Shown: in pieces, positions 39,130-46,098 of the stretch
Numbering within the stretch: position 1 is the stretch's first letter
Layout of the letters: every line of letters begins with the position of its first letter
IMG/VR virus record: IMGVR_UViG_3300025314_000006
Direction: 5' to 3' (one strand)
Length of the DNA stretch: 64,000 nucleotides
DNA from: a virus
Lineage: Duplodnaviria; Caudoviricetes
The notes under the pieces: generated by a model
Seen by the model: only the letters and a program-made list of their open reading frames with translations
Told to the model about the DNA's origin: nothing
Databases searched by the model: none
Program-made: the position numbers and the translations under genes

Positions 39130-40050
39130 TTACCTTTTACTACTATTTTTAGATTTATTTGCAGCATCCTTTTCTGCTTTATTCTGTTTTTCTATTTCTT
39201 CAGATATTCTATTTATTGTCCATCTTCTATCAACTGTAGTCATTTCATAAGCCTGATTTCTTGTTATTCCTTTACCATAATAATAAGCCAAAAAACATTC
39301 TTCATTCACGGTGTTTCTGTGAGTTTCTGGAAGAGATAAAAATTCTTCATCTATTTTAACAATATCTTTTAATTTATAATCACAAGACGGGCAAGTATGC
39401 ATTATTGTCTCTTCAAATCCCGGTTCAACTTTATCCATGAATTCTCTTAAAGACTTAGAATCTTTAATTTTCATAGATTTTAGATAATTGATAATATATT
39501 GTTTATCTGTTTTATCATTAATGGAAGTTATTTGAGTTAAGTATCTACTCATGAGTTGTTTATTTTTCATGAGATGTGATTTATAAACTCTTAATGGTTC
39601 AAAATTTATCTGAATTGGATTTTCTAAAAACAAACTGCTTGGAACTATGTACTCAAATTCTCCATTTTCATTTGGAGGAACATTTATTTCCTTCGCTTCT
39701 ATTTTGGAAATTTTAAATTGACCTTTTGATTTTGTTTCACATTCCGGACAAACAAACTCCATTTCAATTTCATCACCAAAAGTAACAGACCTAAGAAATA
39801 ATAAAATAGCATCCCTATCACACACTAAGAGTTCTTCATATTCCAAATCGGAATTTAGAATAACATTATTCATTAAAATTTTTATAGCATTACCTCTTTG
39901 TGCTAAATATGGAGAAGACAATAAAATCTCATCATAACCAGTAAGAGCTCTTACTTGTATATGCGATGTTCCATCTTTGTAAAAAAGTCCCATCGATGGT
40001 AGATAAATCTCATCAAATGGGACTTTTAATAGTTCAGGTGTAGGTTTCAT
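39130..40050 (-). CDS. T4 gp26-like baseplate hub assembly / tail chaperone, paralog 2
   Basis: 'DEIYLPSMGLFY...LTGYDEILL...DRDAILLFLRSVTFG...CPEC...CPSC'. Confidence 0.7.
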   Translation of the reverse strand: MKPTPELLKVPFDEIYLPSMGLFYKDGTSHIQVRALTGYDEILLSSPYLAQRGNAIKILMNNVILNSDLEYEELLVCDRDAILLFLRSVTFGDEIEMEFVCPECETKSKGQFKISKIEAKEINVPPNENGEFEYIVPSSLFLENPIQINFEPLRVYKSHLMKNKQLMSRYLTQITSINDKTDKQYIINYLKSMKIKDSKSLREFMDKVEPGFEETIMHTCPSCDYKLKDIVKIDEEFLSLPETHRNTVNEECFLAYYYGKGITRNQAYEMTTVDRRWTINRISEEIEKQNKAEKDAANKSKNSSKR

Positions 40051-40070
40051 AAATCTTAACTATTTGAAAA

Positions 40071-40961
40071 TCAGACCTTTGCATTTGGCCAGAAAAGCCG
40101 AGCTGTAATCGGAACCACATCTTCATAAACATGTCCGCAATTTTTACATTCAAATTCGTGATCCATATCAACTCCTGGTTCGATTATTCCAATATATTCT
40201 CTTAAAAAATAACTATCAGAAATTGGCATACCAGCAATTGCATTACTAATATATATTTTATCTCTAACTCCATTCATTTCCATTATTTGAAGAAGATATC
40301 TTTCAGTAAGTAAATTGGAAGTTCCAGTGCTCTTTTTTATTTTTTTCATAGATTCTACTTTCTTAGCAAGATAATCTTCATCTTTACCAGTAAGAAGTCT
40401 GAATTTAACCACCATTTTCATCTTTGGAAGCTTAATTGAAAATTCTCCATTTTGGTCAGGCTCTCCTTCTAAAGTTTTATATTTCAAAGATGAAAGCTTA
40501 ACAGAAGTTTTATATTGCTCAGTACAATCAGGACAAGTCATCTTAACTTCATAATCATCTCCATAGCCGGTAGAACGTAAAGATAATAAAACAGCGTTCT
40601 TATCACCTGTAAGCATATCATTCGGACGTAGAGTCTTATCAATTATAGCATGCTCCAAAAGAACGTCTAACACTTTACCATTCTTAATTAAATCAGGACT
40701 TGTTAAAATATTTTCATCTTCTGCAGTCAAATACTTAACCTTTAATGTTTTTTGACCATTTGGATAGTATTTTCCTTGTGAAGGGAGTTCTATCTCGTCT
40801 GTAGGAACCATAAATTCCGTATCGATAAATTGTGCCGGTACTCCAGAACTGTCAGACATACTTTTAATATGTTCAGCTTGCTGATTAGTATTATTAGTTG
40901 TTTGTGGTGCATCTACACCTTTTTTACCTCCAAGGGTAATTGAATCATTTTTTTCTTCCAT
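40071..40961 (-). CDS. T4 gp26-like baseplate hub assembly / tail chaperone, paralog 1
   Basis: 'DEIELPSQGKYY...LTAEDENILTS...GDKNAVLLSLRSTGYG...CPDC...CKNC...LFWP'. Confidence 0.75.
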   Translation of the reverse strand: MEEKNDSITLGGKKGVDAPQTTNNTNQQAEHIKSMSDSSGVPAQFIDTEFMVPTDEIELPSQGKYYPNGQKTLKVKYLTAEDENILTSPDLIKNGKVLDVLLEHAIIDKTLRPNDMLTGDKNAVLLSLRSTGYGDDYEVKMTCPDCTEQYKTSVKLSSLKYKTLEGEPDQNGEFSIKLPKMKMVVKFRLLTGKDEDYLAKKVESMKKIKKSTGTSNLLTERYLLQIMEMNGVRDKIYISNAIAGMPISDSYFLREYIGIIEPGVDMDHEFECKNCGHVYEDVVPITARLFWPNAKV

Positions 40962-41043
40962 TTTTGTATGTTTTTATAATAGATAGTCTATAGAAATTTT
41001 TTGGTTCTTTAAAATTAACTTACTCTTGTAAAAAAGTGAATAA

Positions 41044-41514
41044 TTGTTTAATTTTAATATTATGAACGATAAAAAATTTGGGATTATAGAAATACGAGAT
41101 GGAGAAACGGTAAGAACTTATGAAGGACTATTTGAAATTCCTAAAATAAAAGTTGATATTGTTGAATATCAAGGATTTTATATGCCAACAAATAGAGCAT
41201 GGGAAGATATTGAATTAAATTTTTTTGATTATTGTGATATTAGAAATCTTATATGGATTGATGAATGGTTGATAGAGCAATGTGATATAGCAACTGGACT
41301 AACGATGCGTGCTGTTGACTATAAAAAGGACATCATTTTTAAAATTGGTGAATACCAATGGAATTTGTACGGTTGTTTTCTTAGAGATGTTAGTGATAAT
41401 TTATTGAAAGCATTGACAAGAAGAGTTTTAGTTGAAAGGATAGGTTATCCAACAATGCAAATTTCAAAAACAATAGTATTAAATATTGATAGAGCTATGT
41501 TAGTAGATATTTAA
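41044..41514 (+). CDS. Tail tube (gp19)-like protein
   Basis: 'WEDIELNF.D...EW...TG...DYKKDI...WNLYGCFL' resembles myovirus tube proteins. Confidence 0.6.
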   Translation: MFNFNIMNDKKFGIIEIRDGETVRTYEGLFEIPKIKVDIVEYQGFYMPTNRAWEDIELNFFDYCDIRNLIWIDEWLIEQCDIATGLTMRAVDYKKDIIFKIGEYQWNLYGCFLRDVSDNLLKALTRRVLVERIGYPTMQISKTIVLNIDRAMLVDI

Positions 41515-41947
41515 ATCTTGACTTTGTTAATTCGTAATTCTTTTTTAAATCATCTTCCCAAACTCTTTCTAATTCATATCCGTTATTTTTTGCTATCGCA
41601 TTTTTTTTAATATCATTGTAAAATGTTCTTTTCTGCATTTGAGACATTTCTTTCAATTCTTTATCTTTTGCATGCCAAAAAATTCCATCCGTTTCAACAA
41701 GCATGTTTTTACTTGGTATATAAAAATCATATATTTTTCCACCAACAATCTTTTGAGTTTCGTATTCAATATTTAATTCTTCTAATAAGCTTGCGAAGGA
41801 TTTTTCCGGAGCTGTAGGATTTTTATCCATTTTTTTGGCCATACCCTCAATATAAGCTTGTTTTTGCTTTTGAGTTCTGGGACGATTTAGAGCATGCCTT
41901 TTAATTCCTCTTAAAATAGATGCTGTAGTTTTTTTCTTCTTTGCCAT
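41495..41947 (-). CDS. DUF559/Vsr-like endonuclease
   Basis: 'PTAPEK...YDFYIP...VETDGIFWH...KN.IAK.NGYELERVWE'. Confidence 0.75.
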   Translation of the reverse strand: MAKKKKTTASILRGIKRHALNRPRTQKQKQAYIEGMAKKMDKNPTAPEKSFASLLEELNIEYETQKIVGGKIYDFYIPSKNMLVETDGIFWHAKDKELKEMSQMQKRTFYNDIKKNAIAKNNGYELERVWEDDLKKNYELTKSRFKYLLT

Positions 41948-41965
41948 CTGTAATAAATAGATAAA

Positions 41966-41994
41966 GAAACAATATGATAGGATTTTACGTTTAA
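41966..41994 (+). promoter_or_regulatory. ECF-type promoter (variant)
   Basis: GAAACA-N16-CGTTTAA, 6 bp before the ATG at 42001; spacer nearly identical to that at 14775. Confidence 0.6.
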
Positions 41995-42000
41995 ACAGTT

Positions 42001-42435
42001 ATGAGTCAATCAAAATTAAGAGAAAATCGAGAAAAAGTTAGTGATACACCATGGACAAACCTTGGTATAAAATTGGACTTATGTTCATTTTTGACGAGGA
42101 AAGTATTGGTTGAAAAGTTTTCTCCTCAAAAATCGAAAGAAATAGAAATGCGGAATTTCTTTATTTCTAAGATTGATGGATGTGAGATATATTTAAACTC
42201 GAAGCATCCGGATTCCGTTTTTTACGTCAAAAATAAAGAGATTTTAGTGGAAAAATATGAAAAAAACAAGGCGTTTTACATAAAATATACCGACTTTTGG
42301 TCAGTTTTTGAGAGCCGATACATGCTCCAACATAATGAGATTCAGTCATTTACACAGATTACCCTTGAAGAGGGTCTAAAATCTAACGGTTATAAAACTT
42401 TCCAACAATTCGAACATACCCCTTATCAACCTTGA
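42001..42435 (+). CDS. Array-associated protein, paralog C (144 aa)
   Basis: Reads through repeat 1 (LEEGLKSNGYKT) and spacer 1; stops at a TGA in repeat 2. Confidence 0.85.
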   Translation: MSQSKLRENREKVSDTPWTNLGIKLDLCSFLTRKVLVEKFSPQKSKEIEMRNFFISKIDGCEIYLNSKHPDSVFYVKNKEILVEKYEKNKAFYIKYTDFWSVFESRYMLQHNEIQSFTQITLEEGLKSNGYKTFQQFEHTPYQP

Positions 42436-42665
42436 AGAGGGTCTAAAATCTAACGGTTATAAAACTCAACCCTATATAGAATGCTTAATTGCAATCCTTG
42501 AAGAGGGTCTAAAATCTAACGGTTATAAAACGTTCAAATTCACGCATGCGGAAAATGAACTGCCTTGAAGAGGGTCTAAAATCTAACGGTTATAAAACCA
42601 GCATCAAGATATTCTTTCAGTGTGAACGTCCCTTGAAGAGGGTCTAAAATACAACGGTTATAAAC
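42363..42665 (+). CRISPR. CRISPR-like mini-array C: 5 repeats, 4 spacers
   Basis: 36-nt repeat CCTTGAAGAGGGTCTAAAATCTAACGGTTATAAAAC at 42363, 42430, 42496, 42563, plus a degenerate terminal copy at 42631; spacers of 31, 30, 31 and 32 nt. Confidence 0.78.
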
Positions 42666-43013
42666 TTAAAATAACTCATTTTTTGTTAAAGATAAAGTTT
42701 CAAATCTTTTTTCGCCGTAAACCCAATATTCTTTTATTCCATTTGGATAAATTATGGCTGGCTTAAAGTGACCTCTGTGAATTTTTCCATGAAAATAATA
42801 TCCTTCAATGCCAGATGAATGTATTGTGGCTGGTTGATCATTGTCTCTGTGTAACTTTCCGTCTTTATCAAAAAAATTATCCAAAGTTCCGTCTTTTTCA
42901 TAAAATATAACTCGTTTTTCTTTCCAAGTATCTTTATGGTACCAAATTTTAGTATGGCCATAATCTTCATAGGGTTGTCTAAAAAATTCAGTTATGACAA
43001 ATCGTTCCAACAT
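42666..43013 (-). CDS. Protein with 'LHR.D..PA' MORN-like repeats
   Basis: 'GKLHRDNDQPATIHSSG..YYFHGKIHR..KPAIIYPNG..EYW'. Confidence 0.65.
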   Translation of the reverse strand: MLERFVITEFFRQPYEDYGHTKIWYHKDTWKEKRVIFYEKDGTLDNFFDKDGKLHRDNDQPATIHSSGIEGYYFHGKIHRGHFKPAIIYPNGIKEYWVYGEKRFETLSLTKNELF

Positions 43014-43336
43014 TATAAAACCTTAAATTCACTTATGTTTTGTTTTTTAAAGGATTTCTCCATCAATTTTGAAGCGTCAAGTCCTTGTTCCTTAAAAAAT
43101 TCTTGAATTGTAGGTACTGCTAAGTCGTAATAATCTTCTAACATTTCTTCATATTTTTCGATTTCAGACTCGCTTAATCCTTCTCTATTTAATTCAAATC
43201 CGCGAACGTATTTAACATCATCTTTATCATAATTTTTAATTGAATTCGAAGATTCTTTTAAGAAAACCGGTCTTAGGATTTCTCTGTTTGATGTAGTTCC
43301 ATCATCCTTTTTGTAGATAAATTTAGCTTTTTCCAT
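43013..43336 (-). CDS. Hypothetical protein
   Basis: 107-aa ORF whose stop overlaps the next start. Confidence 0.65.
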   Translation of the reverse strand: MEKAKFIYKKDDGTTSNREILRPVFLKESSNSIKNYDKDDVKYVRGFELNREGLSESEIEKYEEMLEDYYDLAVPTIQEFFKEQGLDASKLMEKSFKKQNISEFKVL

Positions 43337-43431
43337 AATTTTTTATTTTTTATAGTATTGATTTTGTTGTATTTAGATTGTTTTGCCAGTTTTTATTTTT
43401 TTTCTTTCTAATTATTTAAAAGAACGGAATT

Positions 43432-44019
43432 ATGTTAGAACTTGAAAAAACACCAGTATTTGTTAATGTTGTTAAAGATAATAAAAACAATTCTTATATA
43501 CAAAAAAACAATCTACTTATGTTAGGTTTTTTTAGCTGGAATGATTTAATGGAAAAATTAGTTGGCGTTAAATTTTCATTAATCAATTTTATTATAGCAA
43601 TTTTTGTTGGATTTTCTTCATTTATAACACATTATATTTATAATGATGCTAAGGCAGTTTTTTTTATGTTAGGATTAGTCGGATTAGATGCAATATTTGG
43701 TATTATCAGAGCATTAAAAAACAAAACATTTTCCAGCGCCAGGCTTCCACGCATAATCATCGTCATGCTTACGTACAGCGGGTGTTTGGCTACTGGTACC
43801 GCATTAGCGAAATTTAGCACTTTATATAGTTTTATCCCCGGAATTCTAATTTCCGCATTTTGTACAACTAGCATAGTTTCTATTTGGGAAAATTTACATC
43901 TTTTAAAATTAATATCAGATGATGTTTATAATATGCTTTCAAAAAAATTAAATGCTTTACAAATATTATTGTTTGGAGGATTTAATGTTCTAAATAAAAA
44001 GAATAAAAAGAAAAAATAA
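43432..44019 (+). CDS. Phage holin family membrane protein
   Basis: 3-4 TM segments; 'LDAIFGIIRALKNK.FSS..L...', 'SIWENL', basic C-terminal tail. Confidence 0.65.
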   Translation: MLELEKTPVFVNVVKDNKNNSYIQKNNLLMLGFFSWNDLMEKLVGVKFSLINFIIAIFVGFSSFITHYIYNDAKAVFFMLGLVGLDAIFGIIRALKNKTFSSARLPRIIIVMLTYSGCLATGTALAKFSTLYSFIPGILISAFCTTSIVSIWENLHLLKLISDDVYNMLSKKLNALQILLFGGFNVLNKKNKKKK

Positions 44020-44049
44020 TCACATCTTAATAAATAATATTAATAATAT

Positions 44050-44075
44050 AAGCGTTAATTTATAAATTAACGCTT
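44050..44075. terminator. Perfect 26-bp palindrome: terminator and/or operator
   Basis: AAGCGTTAATTTATAAATTAACGCTT, followed by a T-rich run. Confidence 0.6.
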
Positions 44076-44106
44076 TGTTTTTTTATTTATACTATTTATA
44101 TTTGTA

Positions 44107-44295
44107 ATGACAACAATTTTTCTAAAAATCATGGGACGACAAAAACAAAAAATAACAAGAAACAAACACATTCAGATACGACTGGAAGAAACAATTAAAA
44201 ATGATTATTTTAACATTTGTAAAAAAAACAAAATTAAGTTTTCAAAACACATAAGAGATTTTATTTTAGATACCATTGATAAGGAAATAATTTAA
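44107..44295 (+). CDS. Ribbon-helix-helix-like small DNA-binding protein
   Basis: 'KHIQIRLEETIKNDYFNICKKNKIKFSKHIRDFI'. Confidence 0.55.
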   Translation: MTTIFLKIMGRQKQKITRNKHIQIRLEETIKNDYFNICKKNKIKFSKHIRDFILDTIDKEII

Positions 44296-44309
44296 ACTCA
44301 AAACACAGA

Positions 44310-46094
44310 ATGGACATACAGGAATTAGCACAAAAAATATCAATAGAAAATTTAGATAAATTAAATAAAAAAGAAGTTAAACAATACACTTTGCTTAATA
44401 AAGAATTTCATAAATCATTAAGAAAAATATTTATTGACTTAAATTGTTTTAAAAATCATGGTGCATATGATTATATTTATGTTATAAATTCATTGAATTA
44501 TTCTTTAGAAACATTTGAAGATTTACAGATTTTTATAAAAAAATTTTTAACAAACAAAAAAAGAGATGTGAGTTTCGAAAAGTTAACATTAATTTCAAAA
44601 ATTAATGAAAAAATTTTACCTCAAATAATTAAATTCACAAATAATTATCCATCTGATATTGTTAATGTTGTAAGATGTTCGATGATAATTCAAAATATAA
44701 AAACATTTCCTACATGTTTGCATTGCGGAATTAAACCAGTATATTATTTTCAATCAAAGATAGGAATATACTGTTCTAAGGAATGTGCTTATAATTCTGA
44801 TGGCAGGGCACAAAAAACGTTTGACACTAAACTAAAATTATATAACAATGGACATTATACTAATACAGAAAAAAGCAAAGTAACTATTATAAATAAATAT
44901 GGAGTTAATCACATATCTCATATACCTGGATTTGCAGATAAAGTTAAACAAACAAAATTAGAAAATTTTGGAGATGAAAATTACAACAATAGAGAGCAGG
45001 CTAAAGAAACCTGTATTGAAAAATATGGAGTTGAAAATGTTTTACAATTAAAAGAAACGCAGAATAAAATAAATATAACCAAATTAAAAACATTATCATC
45101 ATTTAAAATTATGAATATTTCAGAGATTGTTGATATTATTTTAAAAAATAAATTATATAATTTTTCTCAAAAAAAGTTCAATAAATACAAAAAACAAAAC
45201 CCGGAATTTAAATTTAATTTTTTGCGACATCGTAAAAACTTTATGTTTGGTCACAATAATTATGATATAGATATAATAAAATTATTTTATTCCATATCTT
45301 ATAAAATTCAAACTTTTGATGAAGTTAAGTTATTTATTAACACTTTTATTATTAACGGCAAAAATCATATTCATGAAAATGTTCTTAATTTTTTTACAGA
45401 AAAATTCCGTCTTGATTTAAAAGATAAAATTTTAGAAATGACCAAAAATTTTCCAAATAAAATATCTATGGTTGGCAGAAGTTTATTAATTTCCAAAAAC
45501 ATAAAAGAGTTTCCTAAGTGTTTAACATGTGAAAAAAATCCAGTTTCTTGGTCAAATTCGTCAAAACTTGGAATATATTGTTCTAAAAAATGTGCGGACG
45601 CATCTTGTGTTAAGCATAATAAAAGTAAAATAACAAACATAGAAAGATATGGAGTAGAAAATGTCATGCATAATCAAAATATTTTCGAGAGAAGTCAGAA
45701 AAATGGCTTTAAAATGTATAAATACAAAGATACCTCTTTAAATTATCAAGGTAAATATGAATTATATTTTTTAGAACTAATGGAAAATGCAGGACTGTTA
45801 AATGAAATTAAAAGAGGTCCAAGTTTCAAATATAAATGGGAAAATAAAATTACTACATATTATTCTGATTTTTTGTTTAAAGAAAGAATAATTGAAATAA
45901 AGTCAGTATGGACATATGATAGTAAAGGGAAAGATATTAAAAAAGGACTGAAAAATGAAGCAAAATGGCAATCCGTAAGAGAGTGTGGTATGGAAATAGA
46001 TATTATAATAGATGATGATAAAAAAATAAAAATCTTAGAATATGTTACAACAATTGCACAAACATTAAATAAAAATTCGGAAGTAAAATCGTAA
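44310..46094 (+). CDS. Homing endonuclease-like protein: duplicated Zn-finger module and C-terminal PD-(D/E)xK domain
   Basis: Two 'FP.C..C...P.....IYCSK.CA' modules, 'KYGV.N' motifs, 'YYSDFL...IIEIKSVW'. Confidence 0.7.
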   Translation: MDIQELAQKISIENLDKLNKKEVKQYTLLNKEFHKSLRKIFIDLNCFKNHGAYDYIYVINSLNYSLETFEDLQIFIKKFLTNKKRDVSFEKLTLISKINEKILPQIIKFTNNYPSDIVNVVRCSMIIQNIKTFPTCLHCGIKPVYYFQSKIGIYCSKECAYNSDGRAQKTFDTKLKLYNNGHYTNTEKSKVTIINKYGVNHISHIPGFADKVKQTKLENFGDENYNNREQAKETCIEKYGVENVLQLKETQNKINITKLKTLSSFKIMNISEIVDIILKNKLYNFSQKKFNKYKKQNPEFKFNFLRHRKNFMFGHNNYDIDIIKLFYSISYKIQTFDEVKLFINTFIINGKNHIHENVLNFFTEKFRLDLKDKILEMTKNFPNKISMVGRSLLISKNIKEFPKCLTCEKNPVSWSNSSKLGIYCSKKCADASCVKHNKSKITNIERYGVENVMHNQNIFERSQKNGFKMYKYKDTSLNYQGKYELYFLELMENAGLLNEIKRGPSFKYKWENKITTYYSDFLFKERIIEIKSVWTYDSKGKDIKKGLKNEAKWQSVRECGMEIDIIIDDDKKIKILEYVTTIAQTLNKNSEVKS

Positions 46095-46098
46095 CATT

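Noticed and set aside
15177-42665. Arrays as diversity-generating retroelement TR/VR pairs
   Set aside because: Repeats are identical within arrays, spacers are unrelated to each other rather than A-mutated variants, and no reverse transcriptase was recognised
15177-42665. Arrays as TIGR-type dual-spacer arrays
   Set aside because: Units are one 35-36-nt constant block plus one ~31-nt variable block, not alternating short repeats with two ~9-nt spacers; the ORF shows no Nop-like features I could recognise
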